64,000 bases of DNA from the human T2T-CHM13v2.0 reference genome, Homo sapiens (GCF_009914755.1 NC_060936.1); one strand, 5' to 3'; positions 37,232-55,202 are shown, counted from the stretch's first letter. The notes: generated by a model from the letters alone, not told the origin. Made by a program: numbers and translations.

Positions 37232-37918
37232 CTGTTTTTGTTATTTGTTTGTTTTAGAGACAGAGTCTCAGTCACTCAGGCTGGAGTGCAGTGGTATGAT
37301 CAAACTCATTGAAGCCTTGAACTCCTAGGCTCAAGTGATCCTCCTGAAACTGGCCCAACACTCCCATACACTGTTCTTTTGGATAAACATAGACATTGAC
37401 CCTTCTGCTATTAAAGCTGTATTTGTTTTATCTGAGGACCTTCAGGCCTCTCAAAAACAAGTACTGAAGCACTGAAACTCACCAGATCAGGGCATCAGAT
37501 GCCTTCCTGCCCTTCCCTAGTTCTTGTTTTCCCGCATGTTGTTACATTTCTTCCCCACTATATAAACTCCTAATTTTAGTAGACCAGGGAGTTGGATTTG
37601 AGACTCAGCTCCCATCACTTCAGCTGCAGCACCCAATTAAAGCCTTCTTCCTTGGCAATACTTGTCCTGTCAGTGATTGGCTTTCTGTGTGGCAAGCAGC
37701 AGGACCTAGTCTGAACCCCTGGTGTTTTGGTAACACTCCTGCCTCAGCCTCCTGAGTAGGTAGGACTACAGGCATGCAGCACCACGCCAGCTGATTTTTT
37801 CATTTTTTTGTAGAGTTGGGGTCTCACTATGTTGAGTTCAAACTCCTGGGCTCAAGCTGTCCTCCTGCCTCAGCTTCCCAAGGTACTGGGACTATAGGCA
37901 TGAGCCACCACACCCAGC
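37232..37918 (-). mobile_element. AluJ interrupted by solo LTR
   Basis: Alu sequence continuous across the LTR TSD. Confidence 0.85.
37345..37735 (+). mobile_element. Solo ERV LTR (LTR47/MER72-like) inserted in an AluJ
   Basis: TG...CA ends, 4-bp TSD CTCC (37341-44, 37736-39), TATATAAA 37559-66, ATTAAA 37636-41; Alu sequence resumes exactly after the TSD. Family from memory. Confidence 0.85.
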
Positions 37919-38348
37919 CTCTCCCTTCCCTTAAATCTGGGTGGCTCTTGTGATTTGCTTTGGGCAATAGGATGCAGCGGAAACAACTTTGTGCCTTTTC
38001 TGGGCTTCAGCCTTAAGGGGACTGGCAGCTTCCACTTTTGTGCTCTTTGTACCCAGAACCATGAAAGGAAGCTCAGGTCAGACAACTGAATGATGAGAGG
38101 CCACAAGAGAAGGAGAGCTTCCATGTGAAGAAGTGGCCACCAACACTAACATCCAGATCCAAGAGGGATGCCACCTTGGATGTTCTAGCCCCACACGGAC
38201 CTCCAGCTGGATTCAGCCGTATGAGTGATCCCAGCAGATACCACATGGAGCAGAACCGCCCAGCTGAGCCCAGCTAACCCACAGACTTGTGGGAAAAAAC
38301 GGTTGCATATCAATAAATTTGGAGTGGTTTATTAAGAAGCAAAAAATA

Positions 38349-38650
38349 GGCTGGGCGTGGTGGCTCATGCCTGTAATCCCAGCATTTTAGGAGGCCGAGG
38401 CAGGCAGATCATTTGAAGTCAAGAGTTCCAGACCAGCCTGGACAACATGGCGAAACCCCCATCTCTACTAAAAATACAAAAAAGTTAGCTGGGCATGGTG
38501 GCTCGTGCCTGTAATCCCAGCTACTCGGGAGGTTGAGGCAGGAGACTCGCTGAACCAGGGAGGTGGAGGCTGCAGTGATCTGAGATTGCACCACTGCACT
38601 CCAGCCTGGGCCACAGAGGGAAACTCCGTCTCAAAAAAAAAAAAAAAAAG
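38349..38650 (+). mobile_element. Alu
   Basis: Alu consensus. Confidence 0.9.
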
Positions 38651-38735
38651 TAAAAAAATTTCTGACACAGTAATATTTACCCTTATCCTTGTGTGATATT
38701 TTCTGTTTTATTTCATTTCATTTTTTAAAATGTTA

Positions 38736-39148
<413 letters not shown>

Positions 39149-39249
39149 GAAAGAAAGAAAGAAGGAAAGAAAAGGGAGGAAAGAGAGAGAGGAAGGAAGG
39201 AAGGGAGGGACGGGAAGGAAGGGAATTTTTTTTTCCAAAAAAAAAAATA

Positions 39250-39995
<746 letters not shown>

Positions 39996-40662
39996 CCATC
40001 ATTTTGAGTTGATCATTTCATCTGTAGCACTCTCATAGACCTCGATTTGACGTCATCAGCCCCAGGAGGATGAGGTGGTCTTGGCAACATGAAAGACAAA
40101 GCCAGTTTGTGCCCTGCTGCTCTTGTCCGCTTCCACCAAACTTCTCCTGCATGATTCTCAGCTTCCTGATAGCCCAAAATGCAGCTCCACTGCCGGTTAC
40201 CCTTAAATACTCCCCCTGAACTCTATAAATACACCAAACATTCAGCTGGGAAAAAAAGAAACTTGAAAGGCATCTGAAATGAAAATACACTTTTTTTCCC
40301 AGCATTGGCCAAGTGTTTTCTCTCCATCTTCCCCCTCTTTGATTTTGGGATAAGCGCTTGGATTTCAAACCATTAGCTATACCTGGGTGTGAGAAGAGCT
40401 TCCTTGGCAAAGCCCTTGTAGGCACAGAAGTCCAGGCACTGTGTTGATGTGGTCCCTCCCACACAGAAAATCCCTGTGCCTCCCACCTCAGCAGCCTGAT
40501 TTATGGTTCTTTCGGTCTCTGCTGGGCCAGTTTGGAGCCAGTTTAGGAGGCTGATGAAAATGGCTTTGGAATCAGGCAGACCTATGTTTGAATCTTGGCT
40601 CAGCCAGCTACCAGCTCTGCGACCTTGGGCCTCTGTTAACTCTCTAGGTCTCAATTTCCTTA

Positions 40663-41093
<431 letters not shown>

Positions 41094-41232
41094 CTAGAAG
41101 AGAGAAGTGCAGCTTGGAAGACATGGGGCTGGATTCACTGACCCCACAAGGCCTGACTGCCCATCATTTTGATTGTGTAATTTTATCTATAAAGTCAGTC
41201 TGCCCCTCCGGATCCACATTGCTGTGGATTAA

Positions 41233-41925
<693 letters not shown>

Positions 41926-42391
41926 GAAGTTATCAGTTTTAGTCCACGACTCAGATTTGCAGGAGGAAGGACATTGTTTTATAACCAACTGAAATCCAAT
42001 TCTGAGCCCCCATTCTGCTAGGTTGGAGAGAAATGTAATCTTGTTTTGAGCATCCCCCCTCCCCCAACACACATCCTAGGGGATACCAAGTCCCGGGGCT
42101 CTTTTGCAGTGATGTAGCTTTGGGCAACACCTGCAGTCTTCTGTCAGTGGCCCACCCTAGTGACTGCTTGGTCACCCATCCTCCCAGGCTACAGGTCCTT
42201 TCAGGTCCAATAGCATTGATCCTTCCATGTCAGGCCTGAGACAAAGAAAGCTTTGGTCAGACTGGAAGGCACTGGACTTGTGGTGTGGCCTCCTTAGGGT
42301 ATTTCTCCCTTCCCAGAAGCTGCTCTGGACTTATCAACTTGTGACCCTTCCCACTCTCCATAACATCTGTCTTTTCTCTTCTTACTCTTGT

Positions 42392-42710
42392 TTTGTCTCA
42401 TTTTGTTTTGTTCTGTTTTGTGTTGTTTTGAGACAGGGTCTCCCTCTGTTGCCCAGGCTGAAGTGCAGTGGCACAATCCTGGCTCACTGCAGCCGCAACT
42501 TCCTAGGCTCAAGACATCCTCCAGCCTCAGCCTCCCCAGTAGCTGAGACTATAGGTGCACGCCACCACGCCTGGCTAACTTTTTATTTTTTATAGAGATA
42601 AGGGTCTCACTATGTTGCCCAGGCTGGTCTCGAACCCTTGGACTCAAGTGATCCTCCCACCTTGGTCTCCCAAAGTGCTGAAATTATAGGCCTCGACCTC
42701 CGCACCTGGC
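42392..42710 (-). mobile_element. Alu (AluJ-like)
   Basis: Alu consensus. Confidence 0.85.
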
Positions 42711-43048
42711 CCCACCTTACCCTTGAAGGAACCCCCCTCTCCACTCCCCGCCTGAGGACAACCAGTACAATTTCCCCTAAACACTTCAGTTCTTCACACG
42801 CCTACAGGGTCTGTAGGAAGTACAGATGTACTGGGCAAAGTACAGCTGGATTTTCAACCTGCAGAAGTCAAGACAATAAAAATTCTTTCAAGAGGATGGG
42901 AAACAGAAGGGGTACACACATAAATTAAAATTTGAATAAATTCTGACACATATTTGAAGTATTTAGCAAAGTTCCTGACATATAGTAAGCACTCAATAAG
43001 TGATGATATAATGATAATTTCAGCCCACTAAGAATGTTAGGTGCATCC

Positions 43049-43347
<299 letters not shown>

Positions 43348-44403
43348 CTATATTTCAATCCATACTGATGACTAAGGAGTTAATATGAATTGCGTATTAT
43401 TTTGGCTATTCTACATTGCCCATTAATCTCATCAGCAATTTCCAGCCTTTGTGAACCATAGCACATTTATAAATACAAAACCCATTTTATAAAAGCCATC
43501 TGAGAAAAATATAGTACCAGGCACACATTTAAGAAGACCTCTGGAATCTCATCCATTTAAGTTGAGTATTTCACATATTATTTATCTTTTTACCTTTTAA
43601 GAAAGCACATTCTGCTACTAAACATACCCACAAGATTAAATTGTCAGAACAGAGACAATTTAGGATATCTGCAAAATGCAATTCAGGTTTCCGTTCAAAT
43701 TTAATTTCTTTCCTCTCCAAGTAACCTGGATGGCAAAGGCATTAAATGACAATTAATGGATAACAGAATAACCCTCTTCTGAATTTGTTTCTGCGTCTGG
43801 GTCATTTTTCCCAGTTTTAAAAGAATGAGATAAAGTGGGCAGCCTGCAGAATAGCCCCAGATGGGATAGCATCTTGAATCCTGGCACTCGCTGAATACTC
43901 GTGCAGAATCCAGAAATATCTCATGGTCAGGATGAAAGGTCTAAATTTAATACCAAAAACAGAAAATTGGCTTGGCTTCCCTGTACTCTGCACAGGAAAG
44001 TTCTTGTTTGGAAGTTCTGAAATGAGAAGGGATTGGAGACATTATATTCATGGCCATCCTCAGATGTTTGTGGGGGATCCGGAGAGGTCTGCTGGGTTAT
44101 CCCAAGACCTTGTTTGGCCCACAGTGGAAGACCACATTGAAGAAAGATAATTCGTGGAAGGAAATCAGGGAGAAGGTTCTCATTGATACAGATGCTCTCT
44201 GCCACGAGTGCAGGCTCATTCCTTCCTCTTCCGGTTTTTCTTATGCAGCTTTCCAGATTTACCAGCCTTCCCTGACCACCTGGTCTTCCCTGATCTACTG
44301 GTCTTGTTTGCATAGCATCTCTATCTCTGATAAGAGGATCCAGCACTTCCTTTGGGTCTGACACACTTCAGACCAATGAGAGTGAGCCCTGGAAATTTGC
44401 TGA

Positions 44404-44754
<351 letters not shown>

Positions 44755-44759
44755 CTAAA

Positions 44760-44860
44760 TGTCTCTTTCTAAGAAGCTGGAATTGTCAGCCTCTTTTTTT
44801 CACTTCTCAGCTTCCTCAGACCTTGGGGGTAGGTTTGCATAGGCCTGCTCACCTCAGAAC
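44760..44860 (+). mobile_element. ERV1 LTR 3' fragment (MER67-like)
   Basis: gaccttgggggtaggtttgcataggcctgctcacc...aaca. Confidence 0.4.
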
Positions 44861-45521
44861 AACTTCACAATTACATGAGATAAAACCTCTTCTCTTTATT
44901 TTTTATCTTATAACTAAACTGAGGCTTGAAAAATACACTTTACCAGGAGTAATTTTCCCCCTCTGAATAATCGGACCAAAGGTTCAAAACTGTGGATACC
45001 CCTTATTATCTACGCAGTTAAATAAGGAGATAAGAAGGGGCAGCTTCAAGTCTTTCTCACCTCCTCCTCACCTTGCCTCACCCTCTCCTCCAGTGGAAGA
45101 TGGTGAACATTTGAAGCCCATCCATGTAAGCAGCATCTTCTTATCAGATGGCTTCTGGTGAGAAACAGATTGGGAATTCTAGTGCTTTGGTAGCAAGGGA
45201 TGAGTAGGTTTCAGTAACAGGTCCGTTATAACCAAAAACTACTAAAGGCTCCACATCTTGGGTCCTGTAATCTACAACCGTGGGTACCCAACAGGCCAAA
45301 AATTAACAAAAGTTGAAAGGAAGAGACACTGTAAGAATGAATCCTCTCTCCCGTCCTGCTGATGTATATACCCTGTCACCTGACCTAGGCAATGGAATCC
45401 TTATTCATAAGGGGGCGAAAGTGTGTATACAAATGTTCATAGCAGATTATTCATAGTAGCAAAAAAGTGGAACCAACTCAAATGTTCAGGAATAGAAAAT
45501 GCGTAAAGAAAATGTGGTCTA

Positions 45522-45964
<443 letters not shown>

Positions 45965-46179
45965 CTAAGCAAAAGAAGTCAGACACAAAAGATCACATTT
46001 TGTGTGATTTCATTTATATGAAATGTCCAGAAAAGGCCAGTCCATAGAGATGGAAAATAAATTAGTGGTTGCCTGGGGCTGTGAAGTGGGGAGATTTTCA
46101 TTGTGAGGGTGATGGCTGAAGGGTACAGGGTTTCTTTTTGGTGTAATAAAAATGTCCTGGGATTAGATAGTGGTGATGA

Positions 46180-46546
<367 letters not shown>

Positions 46547-46897
46547 TGAATTGTACACTTTAAATGGGTGAATTGTATGTATGTGAATTATATCTTAATA
46601 GAGCTGTTTCAAAAAGAGAGTAAGGAAGGAGTGGGAAGCTTTCAGAAAGGCTGTCACATATGGCTGGAACTTCCCTCCCTCTATTAAAAATGTCAAATAT
46701 AGTTCAGCCAAAAGGCATTGTTGGGAGCTTACAGAGAAGACTCAACATAGCATCTAAGGAGGAAAAAAAAAGGCTTCACGGGTAGCTCAGCTGGGAGGAG
46801 ATCAGCAATGCCTCTGTTGTTGTGAAATTGTTGCTGACAATTCCCTCTTAGACTCTTCAACGAATCCACCCAAGGTTTTATGTTAAATGAATCAGGC

Positions 46898-47051
46898 GGC
46901 TGGGCGCGGTGGCTCACACCTGTAATCCCAGCACTTTAGGGAGGCTGAGACAGGAGAATTGCTTGAGCCCAGGAGGCGGAGGCTGCAGTGAGCCGAGATT
47001 GCGCCATTGCACTCCAGCCTGGGTGACAAAGTGAGACTCCATCTCCAAACA

Positions 47052-47090
<39 letters not shown>
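46898..47090 (+). mobile_element. Internally recombined (monomer-length) Alu with (AC)18 tail
   Basis: Left-arm start fused to right arm; flanks gaatcagg. Confidence 0.85.
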
Positions 47091-47094
<4 letters not shown>

Positions 47095-47426
47095 TCAGGG
47101 GGTGGTAGCCAATCTTCCTTTGGCCTCGGGGACCCAATATATGCAGTTCTCTTTTTTACTGTAAGTCGGAACATAAATTTTTCAATATACAGATTCCAGG
47201 AAGCATGCTGACTGGCTTCAAGTTCTTCCCCGTGTTCCAGAGCAACCATATTAAGCATAAAATCTATTCAAGTTTGAGTCCAAAGAGTGGATCCTCTTGC
47301 TTATTTGAATTTATACAGGATTGCAGTCTCATAACTGAAAGGTATAGTGTTTGTAGACCAGGGGCAACAGAGAGAGGAGGAACTAAAAGCTATTAGATAA
47401 ACCACTCCTATCTAGGATTTCTATAG

Positions 47427-48008
<582 letters not shown>

Positions 48009-48522
48009 CTCATTTTTTTAAAAAGAAAAAACATAAATGTCTTCAGTGCCTCCCAATGTTGGGCACTGTTGTAATCACTTTACCTGTATCAACTCCCTTA
48101 ATCCTCATGTCAACCCTATTGAGGAAGGTTTTATTATAGCCACGTTTTACAGATGAGGAAAGTTTAGCAAGATAAAGAGAGGGTACACAATGGCAGATGC
48201 AGAATTCAAACCCAGGTAGCCAGGGATGTCTCCTAACACACCCAACAGGATCAATGAATTATATAATCCCTTCTACAAATCTTGTATTGTTTCTGTCAGT
48301 ATTATGTAAGTTATTTAATTCTTTGAGGTTTTGAGTGTTGCTTCCCCTAATTGGTTGTGGGGTGGGGCCAGTTTTAGTTTCTCTCCAGGAGCCCTGCAGG
48401 GTACCTACGCTTGATATTTCAACAGTCAGAGGGCAGCCAACAAAGGGACTGGTCTTGGAATGTTGTGTTGCCTCTGCCCAAAACACTCTCCCTTTTCCTG
48501 TTTGGCTAATTTTTACTGATCC

Positions 48523-48727
48523 TTTTTAAGAGATGGGGGTCTCCTTCTGTTGCCCAGCCTGGAGTGCAATGGTGCCACCCCTGACCAATTTTTGCTTTTA
48601 ATTTTTTGTAGAGAAAGGGTCTTGCTCTGTTACCCAGGCTGATCCTGAACTCCTGGGCTCAAAGTTATCTTGTTGCCTTGGTCTCTCAAAGTGCTGAGAT
48701 TACAGGCGTGAGCCACGGTGCCAGGCC
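48523..48727 (-). mobile_element. Deleted AluJ
   Basis: TSD taatttttactgatcctt. Confidence 0.8.
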
Positions 48728-49713
48728 TAATTTTTACTGATCCTTAAACATCACTCCATTTGACAGAAACTTTCCTGATGGTATGGCCCCTTTGGCACCA
48801 CCCTCCCCAAATAAACTTGAGGCCCTTAATCTGGGCTCCTAATCATTGGCTTCTCTTGTTACAGCATTTATCTCAATTGTATTGGTGTTGCCCCTTTAAT
48901 AATCTCTGCCGGCACTAGACTGTCAGCTCCATCAGGGCAGGGGCCAGGTAAGTCCTGCCCTTCTGCATTTCCAGCAGCCTGTACAGTACAGGGCATATAG
49001 GAAATGCCTAATACGTAATCTGTTATTTTTTGTTGTGGTAAGTCTGATGCTAAAGCTATAGTTGGTTTCTCCTATGCTGTTTGAGCAGGCAACTAAGTTT
49101 TCAAGGTATCAATAATTTGATTTTTTTTCCTTCTCTTTCTTTCATTGCCAGCTGATATCACTAAGTATCGTGGTCTCTAGTCTAATAGAGGTTGGTTCAA
49201 AATACCATTTGCCAACTAAGGTCTCCCACAAACCAGCTAGTGCAAATTCCAGTAGACTTTTAAACCTCATCAGTGACTGGGCACAAAGATCTCCCTGCGT
49301 CCTGCGTGGGATGTGAACTCCATGAAGACCACAAGGAGGATTTAATTTATTTCTGCAGTCACCTAAAGAGAGCCCACTCAGAAGCCAAAGGAACATTAGG
49401 ACACTTAGTTCTCCCACACCCCCTTTCAGGCTCTCAGCATACTCAAAACGTATTGGGTTTAAAAAAATTTAATTCCCAGTACAGGCAATGTGGCCCAGTA
49501 ATGTGACACAGAAGCTGAAATCTCTATGATGAATGTGTCTTCTTTTAATCCTGCCAGAGCCTCACTACAATTGTTCCTATGCATAACCTAATTTGGAGAT
49601 ACTTATGTCAAAAACCTAAATTTGAAGCACTGGCCAAATGCTTGCTCATCCCAACCCCCCTACCACCCAGCCCTGCCTCAAAAACAAACAAAAATCATCA
49701 CCCACGTTTGGCG

Positions 49714-49755
49714 CATGAATGCATGCATGCATGCATGAATGAATGAATGAATGAA
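49714..49755. repeat. (ATGC)n/(ATGA)n compound microsatellite
   Basis: atgaatgcatgcatgcatgcatgaatgaatgaatgaatga. Confidence 0.85.
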
Positions 49756-49922
49756 ACATCACACGCATTTAACATAGGTTAATCATGCAGAGAGTATTTT
49801 GTAAACTGCGAAGTGCAGGACTTTCGGGAAGCTTATTGTAGCGCGTCTAGGTCGGAGTAACAGTCCCAAATGCCCTCGGCTGTCTGCAGTGGCTCAGCAC
49901 GTGGGCCCGCTTTGCAAGTAAG

Positions 49923-50046
49923 CCCGGCTCCCGTCCGCCCCGTCCGCCCCGCCCCGTCCCGCCCCGTCCCGTCCGCTCCGCCCCGCCCCGCCCCGTCCGC
50001 TCCGCCCCGCGCCCGTCCTCCCCGCCCTGGCCCGGCCCCGCCCCCC
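49923..50046. repeat. GC-rich degenerate tandem repeat (CCCCG/CCGT/CCGCT units)
   Basis: ccgtccgccccgtccgccccgccccgtcccgccccgtcccgtccgctccgccccgccccgccccgtccgctccgccccgc... Confidence 0.9.
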
Positions 50047-50083
50047 AGCTCGTGCGCGCGCGCGCGGGAGAGCGGCCGCTCGC

Positions 50084-50098
50084 CCGGAAGTGACGTAA
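50084..50098 (+). promoter_or_regulatory. Overlapping ETS (GABP-type) / CRE-like motif
   Basis: CCGGAAGTGACGTAA. Confidence 0.75.
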
Positions 50099-50099
50099 C

Positions 50100-50203
50100 T
50101 CTACGGCCTAGCAACCGTTGCCAAGGAGCTCGACTCTGGGAGCGGTCTAGAGCCCGGGCGCCTCCTGGGGGGTGGGGAAACGGTTTCGTGAGGAGAATTT
50201 GAG
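50100..50203 (+). other. IFT81: IFT81 non-coding exon 1 (5' end approximate)
   Basis: Inside CpG island just downstream of ETS/CRE motif; ends at donor GAG|GTAACC (intron starts 50204). Confidence 0.75.
50107..50126. promoter_or_regulatory. Back-to-back RFX X-box half-sites
   Basis: CCTAGCAAC-C-GTTGCCAAGG; RFX factors are established regulators of ciliary/IFT genes. Confidence 0.65.
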
Positions 50204-51032
50204 GTAACCTCGCCAACTCGCGGTCGGAAGCTCCTCTGAACCCCGAAATAGGAGAGAGCTCCCGTCCTCTCTCGGTCCTGATGCAGCACCTCGCAAGTGG
50301 AAGGGGTCGTCGCGGTTAAGCCCCCGGATAGGGGAATCGGGCCCCTTCTGGGATTCGAGCGGATCCAGGCCGCTCCCTGGAGGGATGAACTGTCGAGGGG
50401 CCCAGGGCAGCCCCCGCTAGAGGCCCGGTCGGGTGTGGGGTCCCCTGTCCCTTGTCCCGAGCCCGGGGAGGGGGACACTATTTCTGGTACTCCCAGGAGG
50501 CTGCGGGTCGATGCTCGTGCCAGCCTGGGACCCAGGCAGCACGGTTTCTCTCCCAAATTGTGCCAGAGAACACGCACGTCCTGGTTTTCATTGTTCCCCG
50601 CCTCCTGCGACTCGTTTGTGGGTGAGTGCTTGGGAATTAGCGCGGCGACTTCGCGCTAGAAGAGGGACAGTAATTGCTTTTGCTAATTTTAGAGCGCAGA
50701 GCCCGCTGGGCACAGACAGCCTTCCTGTTCAGTACATCTTTGTCCTTATCGAGTGACCATTTTTGCAGGCTGGTGGGCGACTTGGGGGGAACCCAACTGG
50801 TTTATTTTGCCTTCCTGGAAACGTTGTACTAGTTTATCCAGATTTTTTTTTAAGGGAAAAAAGAGTAGACCTATAGATAATTTCTAAATCATTTAAAATG
50901 AAATACATATTTCTGCACGCAAAGGTTATGACGTGGACTTTTACTTAAAATACTTTAAACAATGGAAAACTTGCACTTCCAATATGGATTTTAAAAAAAA
51001 ACTTACGTAAAGGTTTTCCTTTTATAGCTTAA

Positions 51033-51467
<435 letters not shown>

Positions 51468-51756
51468 TAATTCATTTTTAATCCTTAAAGCATTTACCTA
51501 GGTAAAGCTGTTTCAGCAGTTAATAAATCAGATATTCAGTTTTTTAAAAAGTTATGATCTTTCTTACTGCCAGCCTGATTTCCTTTAGATTTAGGCTTAT
51601 GTTGTACTTGTGCCTGTGAACAAGTTCATTCAATCTAGTGGAAGGAATCACTGTTTTAGACACAATGGATGTTCAAAAATGGAATTGGACACAGATACGG
51701 AATTTACAGTTTAGCAGGGAAGAGAAGATGCGTACCTAAAGAACTAGCACAAGATC

Positions 51757-52103
<347 letters not shown>

Positions 52104-53130
52104 TCAGCTATGAAGGACAGGTGTTGGCACTGCTGCAGAACCTGGAGGATAGCTTGAGAAAGGTTTCCTGGGGGAGCTGGCGTTTGGTGGGCATGGCTTG
52201 AAAGATGGTTGGGGGGGTTTGTGCCTCTTGAGATGAAGGAGGGGTGCGCAGTCATTTTAGGCAGAGAAAGCAACATTAACTAAAGGCAGAGTGATAGAAA
52301 AACTAAGGAGCAGTGACTGTTTCAATAGGCTGAAGTTTGAAGGGGTAGAAAGATGACAATTTGGAAATAAAGTTGGAAAGGGATAAGTTGTGCCAGATCA
52401 TAAAGAGTCTGGAAATCCAAGAAGTTTGAGCTGTATTTTGTGCGCAATAAGGAGCATACAGATGATTTGGAATGGGGAGAGGTGGAGACCAGAGAACAAG
52501 AGGCTGTGGCCTCATTGAAGGCCAAAGGAAATGAAGGCAGAGTGGATGCCTACCGGCCACACCAATAACAGAAATGGAAGAAGGGTACTTGAAGTGTGCA
52601 GCCTCTACTCAGCTGCAGTTGGTTGTGGGCATGCACAAATGTGGGCCCACGGTTGCCAGATCTGATTTTCAAGAGAAACTGGAAATACAGATTTTAAAGT
52701 AAAAAATCTCTCAATGTTTTTTGGGAGATTTGGGAGAAACATCTGTTAGGCTTGCAGTCAGGCTCCTAAAATTTAGGAGCATGTTTAATTCCTGGGTAGA
52801 AATTATGCACCGGTATGGGAGAGATGTTAATGTAGGGAGGATTTATTATTCATTTGTCCACATTAACTCAGATGATTACTGTTACACCAGATGCATATAC
52901 AAAGCATTTGATGTTAAAATTAACAGTATATACTGCAGTTTTCATAGTAAAGCCATTATACTTGGATTTCTTTCAACAAAATAACCCTTTTCACAGCATT
53001 TTGTATGCCATGTAAAATTATACTTTTCATGCCTACGTTGTATGAACTTAATTCTGGTTTTTACCCAGGACTTTTGTTGCCAGTATTAAGGATTTTTTTT
53101 TCTATTTTTACTCTTTAGTTAAAATTATAA

Positions 53131-53340
<210 letters not shown>

Positions 53341-53804
53341 TAGCTGTGAGTCTTGGGCACATTATTTAACCTCTCTGAGCTTTATTTTCCATGTCTGTAA
53401 AGTAATAGTAAATAATGCATAACATTTCTCTGCTAGCTCAAAAATAAATTATCTATTGGTACCTTATTTCAAAATTATTTATCCACTTCCAGACATAAAT
53501 AGGTTTGGTTAGGGAATGAAAATTCTTTTACAAAAGGTTTTATTGTATTGCAAGTTAGTTCATGTCTCTCATACACTGGTCCATTCCACTGGATACTTTT
53601 TTTGAAGCTTAACATTCTTAATGTGAATCTTGATCTGACTTGGGTGTACCCTCACTTGGAATCTGGGGGCCTCCATCCTTAATCTGTTTTATGAAGAGAC
53701 CATTGTGCTGTTAAGCTCTAGCAGAACAATTTTGTCAGTGAGTTTAAATATTGTCCTTTGTTACATATACAACAATAACATGTTTTTTTCAATTTCTTTG
53801 TTAG

Positions 53805-53909
<105 letters not shown>

Positions 53910-54266
53910 TAAGAATCTGATCACGTATTGAGTTTTTAAAATTATGCTTTAATATCCAAACCTTCATATACTGCAATCAATCTTTGTAGGTAATACCTGG
54001 TTTCCCTCATTTGATGGCCTGAGAACATCACTGAGTTTCAAAATAATCTTAAACCTTCTATAAACAAACTCAGAAGTCTTAAGAGGGTCAGTTCTTTGCC
54101 TTAATCAAACTGTCTGGTAAATCCACTATACCATTTTATCCTTTATCTGCCATCCTAGATAAAAACAGCTTAAACACAACTTCCTTGGATATGCCAATGA
54201 TATATTGAGGGCCAAATTTTTCTAATTTTCTAACTAATGTACAGACTGACTTTAGAATAGCCTTGG

Positions 54267-54568
54267 GGCCAGGCATGGTAGCTCACACCTGTAATCCTAG
54301 CACTTTGAGATGCCAAGGTGAGAGGATCACTTGAGCTCAGGAGTTTGAGACCAGCCAGGGCAACATGGCGAAACGCTGCCTCTACAAAAAATACAACAAC
54401 AAAAAATCAGCTGGGCATGGTGGTTGGTGCCTCTAGTCCCAGCTACTTGGGAGGCTAAGGTGGGAGGTTCACCTGAGCCAGGAGGTTAAGGCTTTGGTGA
54501 GCTGCGTTGTGCTCAAGCCTGGGCAATAAAGTGAGACCCTGTCTCAAAAAAAAAAAAAAAAAAAAAAA
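54267..54568 (+). mobile_element. AluJ-like, intron 3
   Basis: Alu consensus + poly(A). Confidence 0.85.
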
Positions 54569-54636
54569 GATTCCTTGGGTTTATCTTTTTTAAAAAGTTA
54601 CAGAAAGCAATTTGGACATTGTAAATCAGATTTTGA

Positions 54637-54900
<264 letters not shown>

Positions 54901-55202
54901 TAAATGGTACATTGAAACTGTAATGGATTTCAAGGTGTATATATTCAAATACATGTTACTCTTTTTTTATTTGCTGTCTTTGTAGTTCCAAGTGGCACAA
55001 GAAGATAAAACTGTATCAGCTAATGTTCAACTATGGCCACATCTCAAGATAATGGCTTTTGCACACAAATACTGTTTTAGTGATAGGAGTATGTGAATAG
55101 AAAAAAAAAAACCTGATACTAAGATTTTAGAATAATTTATTACTTAGCAATTGTGGGTAAATAGAATCCTGGGTTAAGTCTGCACAGCACTTTGTTCATC
55201 AG

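Larger units (their letters stand above)
49800..50760. promoter_or_regulatory. CpG island / TATA-less promoter of IFT81
   Basis: Sharp rise in GC and CpG; many GC boxes; E-box CACGTG 49898-49903; (CG)n tract 50051-50066; NotI-containing palindrome GAGCGGCCGCTC 50070-50081. Confidence 0.92.

Noticed and set aside
49719-49736. 18-bp perfect palindrome (ATGC)n with TGCATG RBFOX-like motifs
   Set aside because: Ordinary microsatellite upstream of the TSS, probably not in the pre-mRNA.
49833-50756. Pro/Arg/Gly-rich ORFs of 107-158 aa over the promoter
   Set aside because: Expected from stop-codon scarcity in a CpG island and GC repeat; no recognisable domain.
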